64,000 bases of DNA, from contig JAINDK010000038.1 of the NCBI GenBank assembly GCA_019931185.1, positions 62,391-126,390 on the forward strand. The letters are read 5' to 3'. A program made the position numbers and the translations under genes. Shown piece by piece: positions 1-8,007 of the stretch (its first letter is position 1; each line of letters begins with the position of its first letter). Source of the DNA: Bryobacter sp. CoA8 C33. Lineage in GTDB: Bacteria > Acidobacteriota > Terriglobia > Bryobacterales > Bryobacteraceae. Below the pieces are notes generated by a model, which was not told the DNA's origin, made no database searches, and saw only the letters and a program-made list of their open reading frames with translations.

Positions 1-3000
1 GCCCTCGAGCTTCGCGTCCGCTCCCGTTGAATTCGGACGTTGTCCACCTCCCTGCGAATTCGAAGTGTTCACCGCCATCACCATCGCCAGCGGATTGCCG
101 CTCTGGAAAGTCGTGATGCCGTTCACACCCCAACCTCCCACTAGCCGGTTCATGGCGCTCGATACATTGCTCATCAACTGCTTACCTTTCCCGAACGGCA
201 AATCGTAAATGAAGCTGATCACCGCGCGGTGCGGTACGTCATAGAGGGCTACCGATTTTTCCGCCCGCAAGTTATACCAGTTCTGCACTGCCATCCCTCC
301 GCCCGGCTCCAGCCAGGCCGTCAGCGTATCGGTATCGCTGATCAACTTGGCGAACGTATACGATCCCAGAATCGATGCCCCTTGCGCGAACCGCTTCTCG
401 ATCTTCAGCTGCGCCGAGTGATACACGGAATTGCGATTCATGGGCGCCACTTGGTTGAAGCCCGTATATTGCGGATACGGCCGCAGCAACTGTGCCCGAA
501 TCACATTGGGCTGCGCCAGCGCTCCCAGTTGCACCTCCCCACGGAACGGGTTCGGCACTTGCTGCAAGAGCGCCGCCCCTTGTGACAAGAACTCTACCGG
601 CAACTGGTTCAAAGCCTGATTGGGCCCAGGCAGATGAGTTCCTTTCGAGCCGGCATAGGCCAGATCCACGGCAAATCCGCCCGCTACTTCCCGCTGCAAA
701 TCCACGTTCCACTGCTGCATGTAGGCCCGCGGATCCTTGTACAACGGCGCACTCACACCTTGGCCATAAAACAGCCGCTGCCCATTCGCGCTCCGTCCTG
801 GCGCCGATACAATCCCGTTCGGGAATGGATTCGACAGCCGGTCCTGCGGCGTAATCGAGCCGTCGGTCGTTCCCAGATACGGCGTCGTGTAGGCATTCGA
901 GATGTCGATGTTCGGAGCAGTATTGAAAGCCACGTCGTTCGGCAAGTAGAAGATGCCATACCCGGTGCGGAATACGGTCTTGTTGTTCATCCGGTAAGCC
1001 AGGCCAAATCGAGGCGAAAACACGTTCCGTAATTCATTGTTGTTCCGGCTCGGGCTGTCGGGGGAATTGACCAATCCGAACCGTCCCTTGAAGTTCAATC
1101 CTCCGCGTCCACTCAGTTCGTTCGCCGCATCCGGCAGTAGCACCACCAGCCGGTCGAATCGCTCGGACCACGGTCCCATCTGTTCCCACCGCAAGCCGTA
1201 ATTCAGTGTCAGCCGGGAGCCGATCTGCCATTGATCCCCCGCGTAAAAGGCCCGGTAAATCATCTGCCCCGCCACGAAATTGTTGTGCGTCAAGCCACCA
1301 CCGGAACCCATTCCCAGCAGAAACGAGGCAAAACCATTGCCGGTGCCCGCCGCTGCCAGCGGATTCACCGATGTCATCAGCGCATCGAAGTTGAACGACC
1401 CGGAAGGATTGTTCTGTTGGTAATAATTGTGCGTGTTGCGGCGCCACTCGCCGCCAAACTTGAATGTGTGCCGGCCCTGGATCTTCGTCACATTTGGGCT
1501 GAGCGAATAGACGTCGTTCCGCGCGATGATCGTGCTTCCGGTCCCGCTTGTTCCGAATACGCCGTTGTAGCCCACAACCAGCGGAATCGGCTGCACCCGC
1601 ACGGCCACCGCCGAGTTCAAGGCCGACGGCCAACCCAACTGCGTCAGATCATATCCTGCCGTCAGTGCGGTGCGGTCATAGTGGAAACGCGAGAAACTGA
1701 GCCGCAGATCGAGAAACATCGTCGGCGTGATCGTGTAGGTGTCTCCCAGCACCGCCTGGTTCGTGTTCATGTCTTCCGTGCAGCGGTCCACGCAGGTCTT
1801 CGTGCCATAGGGATCGATCGGCAGGTTGAGATTACGCCAGTACGTATAGCGGGCAAAGACCCGCTGCTTGTCGGAAAACGTATGATCCACCCGTGTGTTG
1901 TACTGATTTTGGTCCCCGCCTACGCTCGCGTTCGCCGTGAAGTTGTTAACCGCCGTGAATGGCAGCCCCGGCGAATTCGCCCTCCCCCACAGATCTGTCA
2001 TAACCCGGGCCGCCCGGTCAATCCGGCTGGCCGGTATCGTGTTGTTCGGAAACGGCGTGCGGGTAATTTGCGCTTGCCCTGTCGCATTCACCGGACAGGC
2101 CGGGTTACCCAGTTGCCCGCAAGTCGTAAGCGGATCGAAGATCGGAATCATCGCGCCACTCGCGTTGCGAAAGTCCGCGAAGTTGCCGCCGCGCATGGGG
2201 TCCGTTGGTACGGAAAAAACATAGGACGATCCCTGCCGCAGCCGGAATCCTTCATAGGATCCAAAGAAAAAGGTCTTGTCCTTCTTGATCGGTCCGCCCA
2301 GTGTTCCCCCAAATTGATTTTGCGAAAATGCCGGGCGTCCGACACCCGCGCGGTTGTTGAAAAATGTGTTTGAGTTCAACGAACGGTTGCGCAGAAATTC
2401 ATATACCCCACCATGAAAACTGTTTGTACCCGACTTCGTGGACAGATTGATCACGCCACCTGCCAGCCGCCCGAACTCCGGCCCCAGGTTGTTCGTCTGG
2501 ACGCGGAATTCCTGCACCGCATCCTGCGTCGGCACCAGCATCGTGTGGTTCACATAGCTCGAATTATTCGGCGCCCCGTCGATATAGGAAGCGCTTTGGT
2601 TTGCTTGTCCCCCGCCAATCTGGAAATTCGCCCAGGCAAACGGATTCGTGCCCGTCGGCGTCTGGCTCGATTGCCCTCCCGGCACCACCCCCGGAACCAG
2701 CGCCACCAGGCTGAACACGTTGCGCCCATTCAGCGGCATCTCGAGCACCTTGCGCGCTTCGACGACTTGCCCTAAGGACGCGTTTTCCGTCTGCAAAAGC
2801 GGCGTCTGTTCACTTACCTCGATCGTCTGCGTCAAATCGCCCACTTGCAGTGCCACATCAATACGAACCGCACTCTGCACTTCCACCGTGATGTTGTCCC
2901 GCAAGACGCGCCGGAACCCCGATTTCTCCATCTCTACCCGGTATTGCCCCGGAGGCAGATTCACGAATTGATATGCCCCATCGGCGGCCGTCTGCGCGGC

Positions 3001-3174
3001 CCGACGGTCGCCCGTTGCCGTGTTCGTCAGGCTTACGCTCGCCTGCGCGATCGCACTGCCCGTCGAATCTGTGACGTTGCCGACCAGCGAACCATAGAAT
3101 GTTTGCGCTGGAGAAAGAAGCGGAGCCACCATCGTCAGCGACAAAATGGCGCACAAATATTTGAAGACTCGCAT
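1..3174 (-). CDS. TonB-dependent receptor with N-terminal carboxypeptidase-regulatory-like domain (acidobacterial OMP family). The C-terminus runs off the window edge.
   Basis: The ORF track omits this gene because no stop codon falls inside the window. I read the minus strand by hand from the ATG at 3172-3174: MRVFKYLCAILSLTMVAPLLSPAQ (signal peptide), then SLVGNVTDSTG...AADGAYQFVNLPPGQYRV (CarbopepD_reg-like), then a plug and barrel region (NGRNVFSLVALVPGV...). The frame stays open to position 1, about 1058 codons. It is paralogous to the receptors at 3831..6962 and 38315..41755. Confidence 0.8.
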   Translation of the reverse strand, partial: MRVFKYLCAILSLTMVAPLLSPAQTFYGSLVGNVTDSTGSAIAQASVSLTNTATGDRRAAQTAADGAYQFVNLPPGQYRVEMEKSGFRRVLRDNITVEVQSAVRIDVALQVGDLTQTIEVSEQTPLLQTENASLGQVVEARKVLEMPLNGRNVFSLVALVPGVVPGGQSSQTPTGTNPFAWANFQIGGGQANQSASYIDGAPNNSSYVNHTMLVPTQDAVQEFRVQTNNLGPEFGRLAGGVINLSTKSGTNSFHGGVYEFLRNRSLNSNTFFNNRAGVGRPAFSQNQFGGTLGGPIKKDKTFFFGSYEGFRLRQGSSYVFSVPTDPMRGGNFADFRNASGAMIPIFDPLTTCGQLGNPACPVNATGQAQITRTPFPNNTIPASRIDRAARVMTDLWGRANSPGLPFTAVNNFTANASVGGDQNQYNTRVDHTFSDKQRVFARYTYWRNLNLPIDPYGTKTCVDRCTEDMNTNQAVLGDTYTITPTMFLDLRLSFSRFHYDRTALTAGYDLTQLGWPSALNSAVAVRVQPIPLVVGYNGVFGTSGTGSTIIARNDVYSLSPNVTKIQGRHTFKFGGEWRRNTHNYYQQNNPSGSFNFDALMTSVNPLAAAGTGNGFASFLLGMGSGGGLTHNNFVAGQMIYRAFYAGDQWQIGSRLTLNYGLRWEQMGPWSERFDRLVVLLPDAANELSGRGGLNFKGRFGLVNSPDSPSRNNNELRNVFSPRFGLAYRMNNKTVFRTGYGIFYLPNDVAFNTAPNIDISNAYTTPYLGTTDGSITPQDRLSNPFPNGIVSAPGRSANGQRLFYGQGVSAPLYKDPRAYMQQWNVDLQREVAGGFAVDLAYAGSKGTHLPGPNQALNQLPVEFLSQGAALLQQVPNPFRGEVQLGALAQPNVIRAQLLRPYPQYTGFNQVAPMNRNSVYHSAQLKIEKRFAQGASILGSYTFAKLISDTDTLTAWLEPGGGMAVQNWYNLRAEKSVALYDVPHRAVISFIYDLPFGKGKQLMSNVSSAMNRLVGGWGVNGITTFQSGNPLAMVMAVNTSNSQGGGQRPNSTGADAKLEG

Positions 3175-3830
3175 GCGGGGAGTATATTATAAAGCCCGCG
3201 CGAACATAAGACATAACAGAAAAAAGTTCGTGATTCCCAGCGAATTCATTCCGTACCAGAAAGTTAAATGAATTGGTTTATTGTGGCATTTCCGTCTCTC
3301 GTACTTTAGGATCTCAGTTCACGTCCAAGCCATTTGGCGCTCAGAGAATCGGTACCCGCCGAAGCTTCACTCTTTGCAAACCCGCACTCAATCGACAAGA
3401 ACTCCCACTGCGCCGTGTCGTTGTCCAGTAATCTGTGCCAGAAATCAGAATCACCTGAAGCAATTGGACATAGCGAATGAATACCGGCCAGCAAGCAGTC
3501 GAATGGCTCTGCAAGAACCAACTGCAAGTCGACGCGAAGTGGTCCGTGCGCGACAAGACCTGTTTCACCTGGTGGGCTGACCGCCAAGCACAAACGATCC
3601 GCTGGGAGAATGCCCCCGGGATCCACGGTTGGGTCATTCCGACAAAGTTACTATTCGCACTGAGGTGCTTACCGGTTTCAAGCCAAACAAGGAATCACTC
3701 GCGTTGCTCAACCTCTGCATGGCGAACGCCTCCATGGCCGGAGCTGTCCACGATGAAGCCAAAGGCACCGTGGATCTGAGCAGTACGGTTCGCCTGCACA
3801 GCGGCATTGCGGATTGGATGAATCGCTTCC

Positions 3831-6800
3831 TCAGAACTGGATTTTGAGGGCCAGTTGTGTGGAGCGTGGGCCGCCCATGGTGTAAAGGGGGTTGAGTCCG
3901 CCATTGACGCCACCGAGGCCGAGGGCGCGGCCGAACATCTGGGTGGAGAAGCCGAAGAGCGGGTTGAGCAAGAAGCCATCCGGATTGCCGAAGCTGGGCT
4001 GGTTGAGGAGGTTGAAGAATTCGGCGCGGAATTGGAGTTTGATCCGTTCGGTGAGAGCGAAGCCGCGGCGGGCGGTCAAGTCGATCTGGTGCAGAGGAAA
4101 ACCGCGAAGAGCATTACGGCCGAGGCTACCATTGCGCACCTGATTGGCGGGGATGGCGAAGGCGGCGCGATTGAAAATGCGGCCGCCGGGATAGCCGGGG
4201 CCAGCGAGGGAAAGGGGCTGGCCGGGTAGGGCATCGGGGCGGAATTGGAAGGTAGCGCCATTGATGACAGCGCGGGAGAAGATGTCGATGGGGAAGCCGG
4301 ATTGAGCGCGGAGAATGGAATCGAGACCCCAGTCGCGAGTGAGGGCGCGGAGAAGGGGAGGGGTGGAGCGGAAGGGGAGGTCCCAGGACAGGGCGGCATT
4401 GAAGTTTTGGCGGACATCGAAGTCGGAGGGGCCGCGATTGGCGCGGGGGCCATCGAGGGCAGTGAGGGGGGGATTGAAGGCGACATTATCGCTCGCGGTG
4501 TCGATGGCATGGGACCAGGAGTGGGAGAGCATCCACTGCAGGCCGTGGCGCAGGGTTTGCCGGAGTTGGGTCTGCAGGGAATGGAAGTCGCTGGCGGCGT
4601 CGGCGCGGAAGACGCTGAAGCCCCGGAAGGCCGAGCCGGGAGTACCGGCGAAGGACTCGCGGCGCTGGAGTTTGCGGCCGAGGGCGCCGACGTAGGAGAG
4701 GGTAAGAAAACGGCCCTGGCCCCAACCCTGGTCGATGGTGAAGTTGAACTGAGTGGTGTGAGAGAGGCGGTAGTCTTCGTCATAGACGGCGACGTCATCG
4801 AAGGGAGGGCTGGTGCTGAGCGGGAGGGGTGCGGCCTGGGCTTCGGGCAGGGGGAAGACGGTGCCCGAGAGCCGGCGCGTGCGGCGGTAAGGGGGATTGG
4901 AACTGAGGGCCTGCAGACCGCCGAGGGGGAGGTCATAGAAGAGGCCGAGACCGCCACGGAGGGTGGTCTCGAAGCCGGCGCGGCGGCCGAGTTGGAAGGA
5001 AAGGCCGAAACGGGGGGCGAGGGCGTTCCACTGGGTGGGAAAAAGAGAGGCATTGGGGCCGGACAGTTGGGCGGTGCGCGGGTCGGAGGTGGTGGCGGTA
5101 TAGAGAGGCCGATTGGTGGCGGCGAGGGCGGGGTTGAGCTCCCAGCGCAGGCCAAAGGTGAGGGAGAGCCGGTCGTTGGGACGCCAGGTGTCCTGGGCGA
5201 AGGCGGAGAAGTTTTGGGTGAGCGCGCGCATGTTTTCATAGGCGCTGACGATCACGGTGGCCGTACGGCCGGTGAGGATGCCGACCGGTCCCTGGAGGCC
5301 GGCGAAGACGCCGAACTGCTGATAGAGGGGGGATTCGACCAGGGGGGTGAGGCGGCGGTAGTCGACGCCAAACTTGAGTTGGTGGCGGCCGGCGAGGTAG
5401 GAAGCGGTGTCGGTGAAATTCCACTGATTCTGGCCGTTGGCGGCCAGAGAGCCGACGGCGAAGCCGCGCAGGCCCTGCGGGAGGATGCCGACGGCGCCGG
5501 AATCCGGGGAGGCGAAGCTGGGAAAGAGTTGAGCGGCTGAAAAGGGTTTGGCGCCGCCGAGTTCGTCCATGCGGGAAGTAAAAGAACCGCGCGAGCGGCT
5601 GTAGTTGAGGCGGGACTCGTTGAGGAAGCGGGCCGAGAGGGTTTGCGTGGAGCCGATGGTGAGCATGCGGGCGTCGTTGGTGTTCCGCGAGATCGAGTTG
5701 AGGCTCAAGTCATAAGATTGGACCGAGCCGCGGTAGCCGGCCTCGGAGGGAGACTCGACGAAACGCCCCCAGAGGGAGATTGAGTTGCTGAAACGGTGGT
5801 CGAGGCGGAGGCTGGTGGAGAAAAGGGTGGAGGGGTTGGAGTAGGTGGTGGCAAAGCGGCCAAATCCGCCGCCGAGATCGCCCTGGTTGGGAATGGGATA
5901 GGAATCGAGCAGGGGACGGTTGGCGGGGGAGGCAAGGTTGCGGATGGCGAGAGTCGGGTAGGCATCGGTGGCGAATTGGGGCTGGCGCAGACGAAGCTCT
6001 TCGTGTGAGAGAAAGAAGAACGAGCGGTTGCGGCCGTTATACACGCGCGGCACGAAAAGAGGGCCGCCGAGGACCCCGCCAAAGTTGTTTTGGCGGATGG
6101 GAGCGCGGGGCAGAGCGTCGCGATTCGCGAACCAGTCGTTGGCATCGAGCTTCTCGTTGCGGAAGTAGTTGAACAGCGTGCCGTGCCAATTGTTGGTGCC
6201 GGAGCGGGTGACGATGGCGATCTGGCCGCCGGGGGTGCGGCCGAACTCGGGAGCGAAGGTAGAGGTCTGCACCTGGAATTCCTGCATGGCGTCGACCGAG
6301 ACGAGGCTGTTGGTGCCGCCGTTGGAAGTCAGCGCGGGGAGCGTGCCGTCGAAGCTGCCAGCCAAGGCGGGCGCGGCGGGCAGGCCAAAATTCCCGCTGA
6401 CGCCGTCAACGGTGAGGTAGTTGCTTGAAGTGCGTTGGCCGTTGACGGAGAATTGACCGGGGTTGCGGGCCGTCGAGGAGGTTTGTGTGACGCCGGGGGA
6501 CAAGGCGATCAGGTTCTGGAAGGTGCGGCCGTTCATAGGGAGGTTTTCGACAAAGCGGCGGTCCACAACCGTGGCAACGGTGGCCGATTCGACCAAGCCG
6601 AGAGCCTCTTCGATGACGGTGAGGGATTCGGTGGGACCGGCGACGTTGAGAATGAGGTCGAGGATCTTGCGATCGCCGATGTTGACTACGAGGTGACGAA
6701 TTTCCGTGTCCAGAAAACCGCCGCGGGAAACTTTGAGCCGGTAAGTACCGGGGGGGATGCCGTTCAGGAGGTAAGAGCCGAGGGCATCAGTGGAAGCCTC

Positions 6801-6962
6801 GATCTTCCAGGTCGTGGCGGGGTTTTCGAGCGAGACACGCGCGTCACGAATGCCGGCCTGAGACGGGTCGCGGACGGTGCCGGAGAGGCTGCCGTCGATT
6901 GCCTGGGAAAAAAGCGGCCAAACGAACACGAGAGCGCCGAAGCAGCGCTTGAGCAGGAACAT
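3831..6962 (-). CDS. TonB-dependent receptor, CarboxypepD_reg-like N-terminal domain plus plug plus beta-barrel.
   Basis: The ORF is 3831..7034. An internal ATG at 6960-6962 gives the signal peptide MFLLKRCFGALVFVWPLFSQA. Translation continues SGTVRDPSQAGIRDARVSL...GIPPGTYRLKV. The C-terminus ALKIQF ends in the Phe typical of outer-membrane barrels. Starting at 7034 instead would add 24 residues without a signal peptide. Confidence 0.85.
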   Translation of the reverse strand: MFLLKRCFGALVFVWPLFSQAIDGSLSGTVRDPSQAGIRDARVSLENPATTWKIEASTDALGSYLLNGIPPGTYRLKVSRGGFLDTEIRHLVVNIGDRKILDLILNVAGPTESLTVIEEALGLVESATVATVVDRRFVENLPMNGRTFQNLIALSPGVTQTSSTARNPGQFSVNGQRTSSNYLTVDGVSGNFGLPAAPALAGSFDGTLPALTSNGGTNSLVSVDAMQEFQVQTSTFAPEFGRTPGGQIAIVTRSGTNNWHGTLFNYFRNEKLDANDWFANRDALPRAPIRQNNFGGVLGGPLFVPRVYNGRNRSFFFLSHEELRLRQPQFATDAYPTLAIRNLASPANRPLLDSYPIPNQGDLGGGFGRFATTYSNPSTLFSTSLRLDHRFSNSISLWGRFVESPSEAGYRGSVQSYDLSLNSISRNTNDARMLTIGSTQTLSARFLNESRLNYSRSRGSFTSRMDELGGAKPFSAAQLFPSFASPDSGAVGILPQGLRGFAVGSLAANGQNQWNFTDTASYLAGRHQLKFGVDYRRLTPLVESPLYQQFGVFAGLQGPVGILTGRTATVIVSAYENMRALTQNFSAFAQDTWRPNDRLSLTFGLRWELNPALAATNRPLYTATTSDPRTAQLSGPNASLFPTQWNALAPRFGLSFQLGRRAGFETTLRGGLGLFYDLPLGGLQALSSNPPYRRTRRLSGTVFPLPEAQAAPLPLSTSPPFDDVAVYDEDYRLSHTTQFNFTIDQGWGQGRFLTLSYVGALGRKLQRRESFAGTPGSAFRGFSVFRADAASDFHSLQTQLRQTLRHGLQWMLSHSWSHAIDTASDNVAFNPPLTALDGPRANRGPSDFDVRQNFNAALSWDLPFRSTPPLLRALTRDWGLDSILRAQSGFPIDIFSRAVINGATFQFRPDALPGQPLSLAGPGYPGGRIFNRAAFAIPANQVRNGSLGRNALRGFPLHQIDLTARRGFALTERIKLQFRAEFFNLLNQPSFGNPDGFLLNPLFGFSTQMFGRALGLGGVNGGLNPLYTMGGPRSTQLALKIQF

Positions 6963-7128
6963 ATGAAATTTGAGAACTCTAAATCCATGATGCTTCAGCC
7001 AAGCCTCCACGAGCAAACCATTTGCAGGGAGCATAGGGAAGGCTCTGGCACTTGACAGAGGTTGATTTCTGCTGACAAGCTAGACACTTCGACAAGATTG
7101 CCCGGTAAGAGGCGAAAGTGGAAGTAAT

Positions 7129-7557
7129 ATGTCGGCATCATTCGAGCAGGAAATCGAGGAACACAACCTGGATTCGTCGTTGGAGAGCGTGGATCTGGCC
7201 GAACGGGCGGCCATTGATTTGGCGTGCAAAGCCGGTTTTGGCGAGGACGATCAAAACGCGATCTCGATGGCTGTGCGGGAGTGCATGGTCAATGCGGTGG
7301 CACACGGGAATAAGTACAATTCCAGAAAGAAAGTTTATTTGAAGCTGGAGGCGGTTCCTGGAACGCTGGTTGTTACCATTGGCGATGAAGGGGATGGCTT
7401 TCGAGGCGAAGAAGTGCCGGATCCACGGGCACCGGAAAATCTGCTGAAGCAAAGTGGACGCGGGTTGCTTTTGATGCGCGCTTTCATGGACGAGTGTGAA
7501 CACACGATGCGTGTTCCCCATGGCACCCTCGTCCGGATGTTGAAGCGATACAGTTAG
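7129..7557 (+). CDS. Anti-sigma regulatory factor, serine protein kinase of the RsbW/SpoIIAB type (HATPase_c).
   Basis: The 142-aa product shows motifs NAVAHGN (N-box), the G-box IGDEGDGF, and GRGLLLMRAF. An ATG start at 7129 was checked in the sequence. Confidence 0.8.
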   Translation: MSASFEQEIEEHNLDSSLESVDLAERAAIDLACKAGFGEDDQNAISMAVRECMVNAVAHGNKYNSRKKVYLKLEAVPGTLVVTIGDEGDGFRGEEVPDPRAPENLLKQSGRGLLLMRAFMDECEHTMRVPHGTLVRMLKRYS

Positions 7558-7600
7558 AGACGGGAATCAATTGAACCAAGACTGAAGGAGAACTAGAACA

Positions 7601-7945
7601 GTGAGCGTAACAATCACCACCCGCCAAGTTGGCGATGTGACCGTAATCGATGCGGCTGGCCGCATCATACTGGGGGAAGGATCGAGCGCGTTTCGCGACA
7701 CGATCAAGGACCTGGTAACCAAGGGTGACAAGAGGATTTTGCTGAACCTGTCGGAGGTAAGCTATATCGATAGTTCCGGCATTGGTGAACTGGTGAGTGG
7801 ATTCACAACACTGTCGAACGCGGGCGGCCGGCTGAAGTTGCTGGGCCTGACCAAGCGGGTGCACGATTTATTGCAGATCACGAAGCTGTACACCGTATTT
7901 GAAGTATTCGACGACGAGGCCACGGGGCTGGCGAGCTTCAACTAA
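7601..7945 (+). CDS. STAS-domain anti-sigma-factor antagonist, RsbV/SpoIIAA-like.
   Basis: The 114-aa product contains LSEVSYIDSSGIGELV, the conserved phosphorylatable-Ser region. It starts with GTG at 7601, preceded by AAGGAG 10 nt upstream. It lies 43 nt downstream of the kinase gene. Confidence 0.85.
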   Translation: MSVTITTRQVGDVTVIDAAGRIILGEGSSAFRDTIKDLVTKGDKRILLNLSEVSYIDSSGIGELVSGFTTLSNAGGRLKLLGLTKRVHDLLQITKLYTVFEVFDDEATGLASFN

Positions 7946-8007
7946 GGCACGCGGCAAGCAAGGGCGATTCCCAGGCGGCTCCCGCGGAAGGAGGGCCGGC
8001 TTGCTGT

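Noticed and set aside
1231-2373. 380-aa plus-strand ORF rich in Arg/His/Pro.
   Set aside because: It is antisense to the hand-translated TonB receptor at 1..3174. Its composition is typical of spurious frames in GC-rich DNA, and it has no domain motifs.
3629-3847. 72-codon ORF in the AT-rich spacer. The overlapping 3477..3779 ORF could be joined to it by a frameshift.
   Set aside because: Codon bias is mediocre and there is no recognisable family. It overlaps the 3' end of the receptor gene. It is kept only as a note in the findings.
4245-5540. 431-aa plus-strand ORF rich in Gly/Glu/Ala, and the 387-aa minus ORF 4076..5239 rich in Pro/Ser.
   Set aside because: Both lie inside the well-supported receptor gene 3831..6962. 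They are low-complexity antisense or shifted frames.
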